From positions 90,917 to 154,916 of the forward strand of contig FLMG01000904.1 of the NCBI GenBank assembly GCA_900088475.1: 64,000 bases of DNA, given 5' to 3'. This document shows positions 24,801 to 37,396 of the stretch, one piece after another. The DNA comes from Hyphochytrium catenoides. Its lineage: Eukaryota > Protista > Hyphochytriomycota. The notes under the pieces are model-generated. The model did no database searches, was not told the DNA's origin, and saw only the letters and a list, made by a program, of their open reading frames with translations. Positions within the stretch are counted from its first letter, which is position 1. The number at the start of each line of letters is the position of its first letter. Both the position numbers and the translations under genes were made by a program.

Positions 24801-27631
24801 CCTGGAAAACAAGTACCGTGCTTTCCAGTTATGGAAGCGATTCACTGTCACGATCGTGAGCACATGCGAGATCCAGGTTCTCTAATCCCTGCGTTGCCCT
24901 TCCTTTGCCACTTTGTCACTGCTTAGCGATAGCTCCTATGCCACTTGAACTTTCTGATGACCTCTCAAGGATCTTACCTCTGTTTTTGCCATCCACTACT
25001 TAGCGAATTATTCGTGGATTCTTGGGCCGTAGAAGGGCTGAAGACGTGGCTTTAGGGGAGCGTTATGCCCTTGTCATACAAAGAGTCTTCAGAGGACACA
25101 TAGGTAGACGGCGGTTTCATGCCATAGGAGACAGACGGATTGCTGCCGCGATCAAAATCCAGGTCAGAGGCGGTCCATCTCCTGGCAAACAAAGGTCTAG
25201 AGGACCCCGGTATGAGGACCTTACCAATGGCTGTCTTAGAGTTTCTTCCGAGGACACTTGGGGCGCATGAGGGCAACTCGGCAGCTGTATAGAGTCGTAA
25301 GAAGAGAGAGAGCCCTACTGAAGAAAAAGATTCAAACCTACAAAGACGATGTGATGCTTCAAGCCACAAGAAGAATCCAGGTAACAATTTCCCCTCTTAA
25401 GACGCAGGGACATAGTTAGCTCAATGAGGCGACACATATTTTTTGACGTATGGGGCTATGCCTGTAGAAATCTTATCGAGCCTACGTGGCCAGAGTTCAT
25501 GCGAAAGCGGAACTGGAAAGGAAAATCGCCGAGCAAAAGGTTTGACTGTCTTCAACCGTATCCTTACGCTCTGCCCCATTGAGAACTTGAGCATCCTGCT
25601 ACACATAGGCCATTGAAGAGCTGGAGCGGCAGAGGGCGGATTTAGAAGAGCGAAAGCGTCTGTGCAAGCTCCAATTGATAACGGTAATTGTCTGAGTGAT
25701 ACGACTCCTTCTTGAGTAGGCCAGTCTAACCTGTCTGAGGTCTCCATGCGCACTTACGCCTTGTATCCTAATACGTCAGGAGTATGAGCAGCGTAAAGCC
25801 AAGGAGCGCGAGGAAGAGCTACAGCGCGAGAAGAATAGGAATGACAAGGCGAAGATTCTTCGACTTCGCAGGAAGTTAGCTTGGGAGGAGGTAAAACCGC
25901 TTCGAGCAGAACTATTCCTTAAAGCGACCTCACCTCGGTGCTGCCTAACAGAGACTAGAGAAGGAGGAAGAGGAAAGAGCAAGAGAGGCTGAAATAGATA
26001 GACAGCGTCAGGAGAAATGGAAAGAAGGTAGTGTCTCGTACCTTGCCTGGCTGATGTCTTCTTAGGTGTCTGATGTATACTCCTTCTGCGAAAAGAATGG
26101 GAAGAGAAAATAGAGTTCGAAGCTACTTCAGAGCGGAAGCGGCTGGAGAACCTGTTAAAGTATGGTTCAGCAATAACTAGACATCAAGAGGAGAGACAGA
26201 AGATCTTGTCCGATATCCAAGAGCGTTATAAGAACGAAGTGAGAAGAATGGAGGTGAATAAGGAGTATATCAACGACGGGCTAGAAGAGAAGAAAGCCAA
26301 AGAGTTTATTCTGGACGGTCTGGTGGAGGCCAAACGAGAGTAAGGATTTTTGTCACTCATTCTCCTTCAAGACGTACCCCATCCTGCAGAGTCGGTCGTT
26401 AATCGTCTCAGCTCTTCTATCCACCTTTCAACAAGAGCGGGTACAACTCTTCTTACCTGCTGTTGACTGTGATACAGAACGCTCCGGAAGGAGTGGGCAG
26501 CAGTAGAAGCAGACTACCAGACAAAACGGAAGGCTGAAGCAGAGAGAGTGGCGGTAAGGCTCGCATGTACTTACAGACTGATGCTTGGCACTTACTTTTG
26601 ACACCGTACCGTTAGAAAATAAAAGAAGCACAACATGAGAGGAAGAAGCTGGCAGGCATCACCCAGTGTCAATCTCTGGTTAGGAGGTATAGAATCAGGA
26701 AGATGTTCCGGGAACGGCTTCTCTCCGTCTACGCCAAGCGTTTGGACCCTGAAACACGGTACGCACATCACCAGCGAGACCAAGGGACATGAGAGGACTG
26801 AATACAGATCAAAGAATAGCTCTACAACATCCCCTGTACTGCCACGCTCCCTGTATTTTCTCTCATGCATTCAATATCCCCCTTGCATTCTTAACTCAAC
26901 ACCTAACTCGACTCACGGCACATTTGCCCTTTGAAGGAGATGGTACTATCTCAACAATGAAAGTGGCACCTCTCGATGGTCTAGACCTTTCTCATTCATT
27001 GAGGTACCTATAAAAGGGCCTGATAACTGGGTGAAGCTGGAAGATGCCATGGGTAAGGAGCTACATCATCTGCTTTATTATAGGAAAGTAACTCACTCGA
27101 CTAATATTTCAAGGTAATCCCTACTGGGTTCACGAGGACACTGAAGAACATCGCTGGAACGACCCAAATCTTATGTCTCAACCTGCTTCGGTAGCACTAG
27201 GTCAGCCACCTCCAGCGCCAGGCTTTGGGCCGTGGGCAGGCGTATATCCTGCCATGGCACCTATTTTGGGCATTCCTCCCCCCATCATGGTACCTATACC
27301 AACAAGCTTCCCTGGAACAGCCTTCGTCCCAAGCTTTCACTTTCCAACAGCTCTTCCGTTCCAGCATCAAGGCGCTATGGACTTCTACCGGGGTCACATT
27401 CAGCTCTACGGGCAACCAGGATTAGCACCGGGAGGACTTGCACAAACCCCACCTTCCTATCCCTCATTTATAATGCCTGCTGCATTCCAGCCCCACACGC
27501 CATTACCGCAGCAGTCACTGGAATACCCTTCCTATACCCAGTTCCAGGACAATTCATCTTCCTTTGAGATGCAGGCACCGCTCGAAGGCGAACAGAATGC
27601 AAGTCAAAATGTATCTTATCATGGAAAATAG
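21865..27631 (+). CDS. Large IQ-motif / coiled-coil / WW-domain protein, multi-exon
   Basis: Inferred start MLPAIPVSSKNQ. IQ motifs (ALVIQRVFRGHIGRRRF; AIKIQ|SFFRGHLGRM), a long charged coiled coil at 25600-26600, a WW domain split by an intron (NWVKLEDAMG|NPYWVHEDTEEHRWNDP, ~27020-27170) and a Pro-rich tail. Spans an N-gap; internal exon structure is only partly resolved. Confidence 0.72.
23174..23252. other. Assembly gap (N run)
   Basis: Run of N inside the IQ/WW gene. Confidence 1.
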
Positions 27632-27834
27632 AGCAGATAAAGGGTCTTTCATGGGGACCCCGGCGACAATCGTCCTAACTTACAACTATAAACGGCTCAG
27701 ACCTTGGGTCCGCAGGTCTGACAACACTAGGCTTGTAAAAAGTACTAAAGCCGTCCTTCTAGTGCTAGGAATGTAGAACACACATACGTTCCATGAAAGC
27801 CTATTAAATAACCAGGAGAGGACCTACTCGATCG

Positions 27835-28317
27835 TTATCCTGCCTTGTATAGAAGAATTGCAAGCTTCCCATGATAGAAGAAGATAAACTGCTTGTTCTC
27901 ATGCGTGAAGGCACTTTTAAAACCTGAGCCGACGATGCAATGCCAGGTAGGGCCGTATTTGCTGTCGAAATGTGTCTACGGGAGGAAAGGATGAGACAAG
28001 GTAACCACCGGAGAGCACGATTGTGTACTGCAAAAAAGTACCTTGATGTGCTTGGAGATGTCCCTCTCCTGGGTGTATTGCTCGCAAGCTGCAGCGGCTA
28101 CCTGTAGCGCATCGTTCTGAAAGACACTTAGCAATACCTTATACAAAATGTCAACGTGAGGTCGGTAATACCTTCATATCGCTGTGTTCGTCCACTGTAA
28201 CGTAGACCACAGAAGAGTAACATAGATTCAATTCGGTGTTAGTACAGGGTAAGTTCAGGACAGGGAAGCAGGGCCCTTACTGTCAGACTGAACCTTTGCC
28301 GCAGGGTTGATCGTCAT
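27835..28317 (-). CDS. Dynein light chain, LC8 (type 1) family; 4 exons, 91 aa
   Basis: Not in the ORF track. Exons 28317-28281, 28194-28172, 28116-28042 and 27975-27835 give [91 protein letters not shown], which includes the family signature [14 protein letters not shown]. Confidence 0.95.
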
Positions 28318-29114
28318 TGTTCTTTATGCAGGATGGACCAGCTAGAGCTTGGTAGGCCTTATGCCAGGAACCGGAAACTAGTTACTGGGTCCTCCCCAGA
28401 TGAAGAGCAGCGAGCAACGTTGGTATTGCTATTTATATCTGGGTCTCGACAAGCTTAGCTTGCTCTATCTGCGCAGGAATGCGATAATAATCTCTTTCCA
28501 CCCTTCTCTCCTTGACATCAGCTCACTCCAGCTCGGGCTGTTCTGACGGGACGATGATGATGGTGCCTCACACAAACCCCACCAGGCGCAGCTCAATAAA
28601 CAGCTCAATGCGGCGCATCGCGTCGCTTCATCACTCTCATCACAAACTCCCACTCCAAGAACTGCAGAACTAAGATCTGAGCCCTATTATTGGCAATAAT
28701 CAAAGAAACTGGTTCTTATCAGATCAGTTCAGTAACTAGTCAGCCATCTCTTGAAGCGCCAAACCCCGGAAAAGTAATAATACGCCTCCGTGTGTTACCC
28801 CTGATAGCCCTACTCACCCAGTAGTAGTAGTCCCTGGCTAGTTTGAATTTTCGATTTCGTCCTCAGGCACAACGGGTGTGGACGAAGTATTCCGAGGTCA
28901 AAACTCCAGAAGAAATGAGTTTGTCCATCGTCAATCTGAAGATTGACATCGCCGCTCCATCAGAACTCGATCTATATGGTGCAGTTCGTTCAGCAGTCGC
29001 CGTGGAGCTTTCATTGGTGTTTTGGTGCGATCACGTGGATTGAAAACGGTTATTGAAGCTAGTTGTTGCTCTGATAGAAGTCCGATAGGACTCCTGACCT
29101 CTCACAAGAAGAGG

Positions 29115-32100
29115 ATGGAGCCTGAAGGAGGCGCAATGGATGTTGAAAAGGTCATTCGGCGTTGCATCAGCCAACTCTTAAACGGTTGAGGACTCACTTG
29201 TCACGTTTGTACAGGGAACCATGCCCGGGCGAAGAGAACGTCTCTTGATAACCAAGGTAAACTCGTACTCGTCACCGTCCACCTTGGACATACTGAACTT
29301 AGGCATGCTTCGCAGATGGTGCTAGAGAACTTCAAGTCATACGCAGGGGAACGCGAAATAGGCCCTTTTCACAAAAAGTTCTCTTCCATTGTTGGCCCGA
29401 ATGGCAGCGGAAAATCGAACGTCATTGATGCTCTCCTCTTTGTGTTTGGAAAGAGAGCGAAGAAGCTTCGACTGAATAAGGTATCGGAACTCATCCACAA
29501 CTCAGAGAACCACAAGAATCTTGACTTTGCGCGGTAGGACTGGCTCGTTTTGGTCCATACTTTGCATTGTCTTACAGCTCTCCAATCAGCGTCTCTGTTC
29601 ATTTCTGTGAGATAGTAGATCATGAGGAGGACGAGGACAATTACGAGGTCGTTTCAGGATCGGAATTTGTAGTCTCCCGCGTCGCCTTCAAGAACAATCA
29701 GTCCAAATACCTCCTTAACGGCAAGAACAGCAGCTTTACTGAAGTCACAGAATTATTAAAGGAAAAAGGCATTGACCTGGACAACAACCGCTTTCTTATC
29801 TTACAGGTATGAGTCTTGCTACAAACGTTCGCACGAATCGATCTGATAGATGGTATTAGGGTGAGGTTGAGCAAATCGCCATGATGAAGCCCATCGCACA
29901 GAACCCTCATGAAGAGGGGCTGCTAGAGTACTTAGAAGACATTATTGGTTCCAATCGTTACGTGCCAGATATTGAGACTGCTGGAAACGAGCTACAACAG
30001 CTGGATGAGCAAAGGGTAGAACGTCTCAACCGCGTGAAGGTAGGGCCCCGTCTCTTTGAGTTAGCTCCCGGTCTGCGCCTCGATACTTGCTTTGGGAACA
30101 CTCATCGTCTGTCCTAGGTCGTCGAGAAGGAGAAAGACGGTTTGGAGGGGGCAAAGCTGGAGGCTGAACAGGTCCTCTGTACAGACTTGGAGTTGACCCG
30201 CACAATGAACGTTCTCTTCCAAATCTACGTCCATGAAGCCCAGCAGGTCATAGAGAAGGTTCAAGAAAAGCATGATAAGGTTTGGGGCTTGGCTTACACT
30301 TTACCATTATCCTTCTTTTGAAGTTACAAAATCTTTCATCTGTTGTTGCTCCTTGGTCGAGTGCAGCTCAGTGAAAAGAAGTCCTATGAAGAAGAGAAGC
30401 TGGGGAAACATCTGAAGGAATTAGAAGAGAAGGAGAAAGCCTACAATGAAGCGGTCAAGTCCCTTGAACTGGTCACTGAGACGATGAACAAGGCCAAAAC
30501 CGAGTTTGTTGCTTTTGAGCGAAAGGACATCAAGTATCGTGAGGATATCAAGCATACCAAGGTATTGCGTTAAGTTGAGAAGAATTCCTTGACCCCACAT
30601 AGCAGACGATATGGCTGACTTGGCTGGGATAGGCTCAGATTGAGAAGATAAAGGCAACAATTAAGAAAGAGGAGCAGAAGGCCGGGAGTGCGAAGAAGAA
30701 GAAAGCAGAGTTGGAAAAGTCCATACCCTCTCTCGAGGAGGCAGTCGAGGATAACAAGGCCCGTATCCAGGCAGAAGAGAAAGTTCTAGACAAAATAATG
30801 GACACCCTCAAGGATAAAACGGAGAGCCTTAGAGCCCAGCTCGAGCAGCTGCAAGTGCAGGCAAAACCCTATCACCAAGCCGTAAATGATCTCGAATCTA
30901 AGGTTTTAACAACAACTACGGAGATCGAATTAGTTGAAGCGGTAGGCTTCTTTGTTGTGCGCGTTGACAAAAAACACTGTTCGCTAAGATGCGTTTTACA
31001 GCCCACTACCGCAGCCAAGCGGGAGTTGTCCGAAGCCGAGGCAGCCCTCCAAGAAGCCATCGAAAATGACAAAATGCAGGAGGCACAGCTAAAGAAGCTC
31101 AAAAACGGTAGCTTAATATGGAGAGTCACCTTAATTTTCTCAACTTAACGTTCTGGCCTTGGGTGTACTCCCTCTAGATCTGGAGAAGAGCCGCACCAGA
31201 GCCATTGAGGTCGCAGATCTGCTGGATAGAACAGTATCCGAAGAGCAAGCCCTTGAAAAGGTAAGGGATGTAGTGTTTATCTCCAATGCAGCTCTCACAC
31301 CTTAGGGCAGGAAGCACAAGGGTTGAGCTCCAAGCTCGAGGAGGCCAAGGCAGCGCATCAAAGCTCGTCGCAAAGAGGAGATATGCTTCGCGCTCTCCTT
31401 CTGGCAAAGAAAAAGAATGGGCCGCTTGAAAGGTATGCTTCCAGTATCCTTTCCTTGTAACTCCGCCCTGAATCTGTTACATTTTTGAACAACAGGGCGG
31501 GGCTTGCAGGAAGACTGGGGGACCTAGGAGCCATTGATAGCAAGTATGATGTCGCCATTTCCACCGGTTGCGCTGCGCTAGACTATTTGGTAGTAGAGAC
31601 CACCCACGGAGCGCAAATGTGCGTGAAGTATCTACGGGACAATAATCTTGGCAGAGCAACCTTTATCATCCTGGAGCAGCTTCGGTACCTTGAGCCCCAT
31701 ATGAACAAATCCATTTCTATTCCTCCAGGTACATATTATTGTGAAGAGCGTGCCAGGTTTAGTCAACGTACTGGACAGTTGAATTAAGGGATATCATTGC
31801 TAACTAAGATGTATTTGCTAATCTGACGGTCAAGTCGTGCTAGCTTAACGGACGCTGGAGTTCTGATGGGTACTAATCCCTTTCGCTCTTCTAGGAGTTT
31901 CAAGACTCTTCGACTTAGTTCAAGTACGCGATCAGAAGTATCGAATTGCTTTCTACTTTGCACTCCGCAACACTCTGGTAGCCAAGGACTTGGACCAAGC
32001 AGTTTCTATAGCGTACCAGGGCAACAAGGTCAGAAACAAAATGTTGATTTTATCCTTCATCGCCCAGTTTAAATCTGACGTTCTTCTAGTGTCTTTGGAG

Positions 32101-34547
32101 AGTTGTGTCATTGGACGGTCAGCTCATAGAGACTTCGGGAGCTATGTCTGGTGGAGGTAACAGAACGAGAAGAGGAGGCATGGCTGCTCAGCTTATTACG
32201 GTAACTCCTAATAATGAGAACGCTAGACTACAGTGGTCCAGAGAGAATCGTCTTTGTTAAAGTTTACTATCTTGCTCTTAGACATCGCCGGAGGAGCTAA
32301 ACAACATGCAGAGGGATATGGATCAATTGATGAAAGAGCTAGACAGCCTTCGCATACGAAAAAGAGAGCTTGACAGTGAAGCCCGCCACCTCAAAGGTCA
32401 GTATCTTCAGAAGGACCAAATCTTGGGTTAATCGAGGCTAAAATTGTTATAATGACAGGTGAAGCTTCTTCGCTTGAACTGAAGATCCAGAAGCTGGAGT
32501 TAGGCTTGGCTGCAGGCCGCTCAGCCAGGACAGATCTCGAGGCTACAATTTCAGCATTAATGTCCAAGACTCACCTTCCAGAGACGGATCAAAAAAAGCT
32601 GGAAGGCAAGCGCACCACTGACANNNNNNNNNNNNNNNNNNNNNNNNNNNNNNNNNNNNNNNNNNNNNNNNNNNNNNNNNNNTGCTTGCTGACCCTCTGT
32701 TCGGGTTTCTCAATGTTAGCTAAGAAGAGCAGCCCGTCCCCCACCTCCTAAGAAAAATGTCTCCACCACTCCCACACCTTAGCTTGCAGAGCTCTCAAGC
32801 GCCCATGACGCTGCCATAACGGCTGTCAGCAAGGCTAAGATGGAAGTCAAGTCTTGCGATAAGAACATGAACAAAGCAGAGAAGGCCATAGAGAGCGCTA
32901 GCCAAGAAAGCGAGAGTCTAGAAGATCAACTTCAAAAGATGCGACTTGAATTCAAAGCTATAGAAGATGNNNNNNNNNNNNNNNNNNNNNNNNNNNNNNN
33001 NGAAAAAGATAGTCAACAAGATCCGGACAGTGGAGGTGGATATCCAGAATCAGCTAGAAGACTATGAGAGGACAATGAAAGAAAACAAGAGCAAACAAGA
33101 ACACTGGCTGCGAAAGAAGCAAGCCATCCTGGAGGTATGGTCCTTTTACGTCTTTGGTCACAAGCCAGATCTTCCATTACGCTTATATATCTTCTTAGCC
33201 CTCACCAGCACTATCTTCGTCCCACGCTTGAGCTCTGACTCGCTAGTTTTACCTCTTCCTTTATATTAATGACGTTCAACAACAGGAATTCAAGGATCAG
33301 GTAGCCGAAGTCAGGGAGCTGCTCGGTGACAATGTCGAGCAAGTTGATGATAAGGGGGATGTTCTTGAAGGTCTGCTGCCCACTCTACTGGTGGTTTTAC
33401 GAATATTTATCCCATAACCTTGTAAACTTTATCAAGGTAAATTCGGAAGCTTGGAAACGCCACCTGCTCTCTCTGAAGATGAACTTAGCCGCGCTGACAA
33501 GGAGGAAGTGAAGTATAAGATCACGATGCTGGAGCATGAGCGTGACAAGCTCAAAGCTAACGTCAATATGGGCGCCATAGCTGAATTCAAGAAGAAGGAG
33601 AAAGAATACTTGGTATGTCTGAAGGCGAACAACGAGTGCTAAAACAGTACTCTTAATCGCATTTGTCCTTGTGTTGTGTGTGCTCTTATAGGGCCGTATG
33701 AAGGAGTTTGAAGAGGTTACCAACGAAAGAGACGTGTGTAGACAGAAATACGAGAACCTTCGCAGGCAGCGGCTAGAAGAGTTCATGGCTGGCTTCAGTG
33801 TCATTACGTAAGTTGGAAGGCTATAAGTAGGAACTCGACCAGAACTAAGTGAATGGACCTTTCACGACTATTGCCGCGCTGTTGCCCTATTCAAACGGAT
33901 GCAGACTGAAGCTCAAGGAAATGTACCAGATGATTACGCTAGGGGGCGATGCAGAACTGGAGCTGGTTGATTCCTTGGATCCTTTCTCGGAAGGGATTGT
34001 CTTTAGTGTACGCCCACCGAAAAAGAGCTGGAAAAATATTTCCAATCTGTCAGGAGGGGAAAAGACACTCTCATCTCTTGCTCTGGTACGTATATTTGGC
34101 ATAATTTCTAGCATAAAGCTGCAGCGCCCATTTCAATTCATGTTATTAAAATCACCGCCTGTGTAGGTATTCGCCTTGCATCATTACAAGCCCACTCCTC
34201 TTTATGTTATGGATGAGATAGATGCAGCCCTTGACTTCAAGAATGTGTCAATTGGTAAATGTTTGTTGTACGGAACTATGTGTCGCGCCCACTCACACTT
34301 TGCCGCGACTATAGTGGCGACGTATATCAAGGAAAGGACCAAGGACGCTCAATTTATCATTATTTCCTTAAGGAACAACATGTTTGAGCTCGCAGATCGG
34401 CTTGTTGGTATCTACAAGACAGACAATGCCACCAAGTCCTTGACCATAAATCCAAAGGCGTTTGCCATGCGAGGAACAGAAACCAACTCGCCACAACAAG
34501 TAGCTCTCGTGGACAGGACCAACACTGCCCCCGCCACTGTTGCTTGA
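29115..34547 (+). CDS. SMC4: Structural maintenance of chromosomes protein 4 (condensin subunit), about 20 introns
   Basis: ENFKSYAG...IGPFHKKFSSIVGPNGSGKSNVIDALLFVFGKRAKKLR (Walker A), NNRFLILQGEVEQIA, hinge GRLGDLGAIDSKYDVAIST, signature NLSGGEKTLSSLAL and Walker B YVMDEIDAALDFKNVSI. Two N-gaps interrupt the second coiled coil. Confidence 0.97.
32624..32682. other. Assembly gap (N run)
   Basis: Run of N inside SMC4. Confidence 1.
32970..33001. other. Assembly gap (N run)
   Basis: Run of N inside SMC4. Confidence 1.
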
Positions 34548-35096
34548 TCCTCTATTCCTTTGACCATGACTGTCTGATCGGTGCTTCCTGCTGCCATGAA
34601 GTTGGCCAGTAGGATCACTTGACGTTTGTTCTTTGACTCTCCGTTTAGTTTACATGGTACCATTTCATTTTCCTTGTCACAACAATATCATCCCTAACAC
34701 CTAAAAAAGATACTTTCCATAAAATTGACCACTGGTACTAGCTTGATCTGATCCTAGAAGTCGGCGACAGGAGTGGTTCAGCGTATTGACTTGTTTTTCA
34801 GGAGAGCAGCCAGATGTCCACTTGAGCACTTGATTGCATTTAGCCCCAAAGTGCAAATGAAAGAATCATGGCGGAAGCTCGACTTCTCAGGGTTTCTATG
34901 ATCAATGGACAGACCGTTGCTACATCACTAGGCTCTCTTGCAGATACACTCTGCTGTCTAACAAAACATGCTCACGAGAGCCCACATGTAGCACATAATA
35001 ACTCTATTGGAAACAAGTCGAATAGTAATAGACGGTTTATCATTATAATTAATCCACCCACAACGATGAAAATGCAGCTGCGAGTGTGTGCTCTTT

Positions 35097-36813
35097 TTAA
35101 ACGAGTGTAAGATATGCAAGGGAAACTAAGCAAGATACTGCACTGATGAGGGATACCGACGCAGTGGCGGCAGCACTCTGCTTGTTAGTGCCTGTCTCAC
35201 TATTGGCGCTATCGTCCGCACTGTCATTGTTGCCAGAGCCACCAGCGCTAGTGCCACCGCTAGTCTTGCCAGGAGTTGGCGCAGCCTGGGGTTTCCACTT
35301 GGCAGCATCACTGTCCTTCACAGGAGGACCGCCATTCACAGGAATGTGAGCATTATGAACAACCATTGAACCTCCAGGAGTAAAGGTTTCCAGGTCGGTG
35401 TAGGACCAACTGCCGTCCGTAGTGACAAACTTGACCTGAGCCCATTTCTGGCCGAAGTACATCTCAGTGAATGAATAGATACCGCCTTGTGTCCAGAATG
35501 TGTATGCGCCATAACCGTTCTCACCCTTCATCGTCGCCGCAGATTCTGCTGTGATGGCACCACCCGCACCATCCATAATGTAGTGGACACCCGTGGCATT
35601 CTGATAGTCATGAGATCCCGCGTGTGTGTGAGCGCAGAGGAAGATATTTACTTTCCCCTTGATGACGTCCAGCAGCTTCTTGTAAGGCTCATCTGCCGCC
35701 GCGAAGTGCCGGATTGGACAATAATGGGTGTTAACAACTTTCCATGTAGCCGTGGAAGCGGCTAGGTCTTTCTTAAGACCTTCCAGTGACTCCTCGAACC
35801 ACTGGTTTACCACATTGACGCAAGCGTTATAAATGTCAGGGGGTGCGCAATATGGGGTCCCGGGCTCAACATTCTTGCACTTATCGCAAGCAGCTGCATT
35901 TGTTCCTTTGGCACAGGTTTCCTTGATGTCGCCTCCGTAGCCGAAGCATTGACAGCAAGTCTCTTTTACACCGTGCGTAGTGGCAACGTTTGTGTCGATC
36001 GTATAGACCTCAACGGTGACTCCACTGGGGCTTTTAAAGCTATCCTTGAAATATGAGCCCTTGAACTGCCATCGGTTGTTCTTGCCTACATAGTCCCTTT
36101 GCGCCTTGTAATAAGCCCACATGGCATCTGTTGCTTCCTGAGCACTTTCACACTTTTTGTGCCAGACATCATTCATCTCATTAGTGCCAGGGTCCTGACC
36201 ACAGATATACGCAGTGCCTCCAATATCGTGATTGCCCAGACACATGACCCAAGGAATGTTCATCAATGAAGGGTGGGTGTAAACGTCCTCAAAGACCGAG
36301 TTGAAGAGCTCCGATTTGGGGTTTGCCACACCATCCCAGTAGAAGTTATCACCTTGCGTGATCACCGCCTGTGGCTTCACCTTCTCTGCAGATTTTCCCA
36401 TTAGAAACGCAATGGCCTTCTGTGCATGCCATTGTCGAAGCCAATTCTGAGTACCACAGGCAACATACTCAGGCTTCTCGTTCACTCTTGAGCCCCACCC
36501 AGGTGCACCGCCTGCTGCAAACCCGCAACTTGGTGGCTTTATCTTCTTTCCATCGGGGCCTACATCGAGACCACCTTGACTAGCAAGTGTTGCACCAAAG
36601 TCCCCTAGGGTCAGTAGTCGGACACCATTGTTATAGTCCTCTACAGTGTTTCAAAGCCAAGCGTTAGTCCGATCAAAGCAGCAAACGGAGAGAGCACCCG
36701 GGTCGTTTACCTTTGGTAGGTCCTTCCTTGACCTCATTGGAAAATATTCCCGACTTGGTCTGAGCATTAGCGGAGGTTGCTAAGGCGGCAACAAGAACGA
36801 AAAGGAGCTGCAT
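35097..36813 (-). CDS. Secreted, probably GPI-anchored calcineurin-like metallophosphoesterase (purple acid phosphatase-like)
   Basis: Signal peptide MQLLFVLVAALATSANA and one intron (~36643-36710). Metal motifs GDFG, GDNFY, GNHD, NTHY and AHTH; a Cys-rich insert (CCQCFGY); a Ser/Gly/Thr linker; and a hydrophobic C-terminal tail. Confidence 0.9.
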
Positions 36814-37087
36814 GATTGCTCTGCTTACTGGCCCGCCTTTCTGTCTGAGCCTTCTCTTACACCTGTGGCGGGTTGAGCAAATGCAATTCTGAAGACTTGC
36901 CTTGACCTTGAGAGCTGATTGACAGCTAATTCAATTCTATGTGAAGCGGAATAAGGTCACATTATTAGTAAGGTGTAAGAGAGCTATCAAGTGGGGCAGA
37001 CAGGCCATCCTGGCTCTTGCGTATGAAGCAGGAAGAAGGGCTGGTGAAAGAGTCAGTCAGAGGAGGTCGTCTCGGAGCTGAGGCCAT

Positions 37088-37131
37088 GAGAGTGAGAGCG
37101 CGAGAGTGAGAGAGAGAGAGAGAGAGTGAGA

Positions 37132-37175
<44 letters not shown>

Positions 37176-37316
37176 GAGTGAGTGAGAGTGAGTGAGAGAG
37201 TATGAGAGAGAGTGAGTGAGCGAGAGAGATGTGTGTGTGTGTGAGAGAGAGAGTGTGTGTGTGTGAGAGAGAGTGTGTATGTGTGTGAGAGAGAGTGTGT
37301 GTGTGAGAGAGAGAGA

Positions 37317-37368
<52 letters not shown>

Positions 37369-37396
37369 AAGAGAGAGAAAGAGAGAGAAAGACAGA
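37088..37396. repeat. Compound (GA)n/(GT)n microsatellite, about 310 bp
   Basis: Directly visible: GA-rich flanks, alternating GT/GA blocks in the centre, and GAGAGAGAAA units at the right end. Confidence 0.97.
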
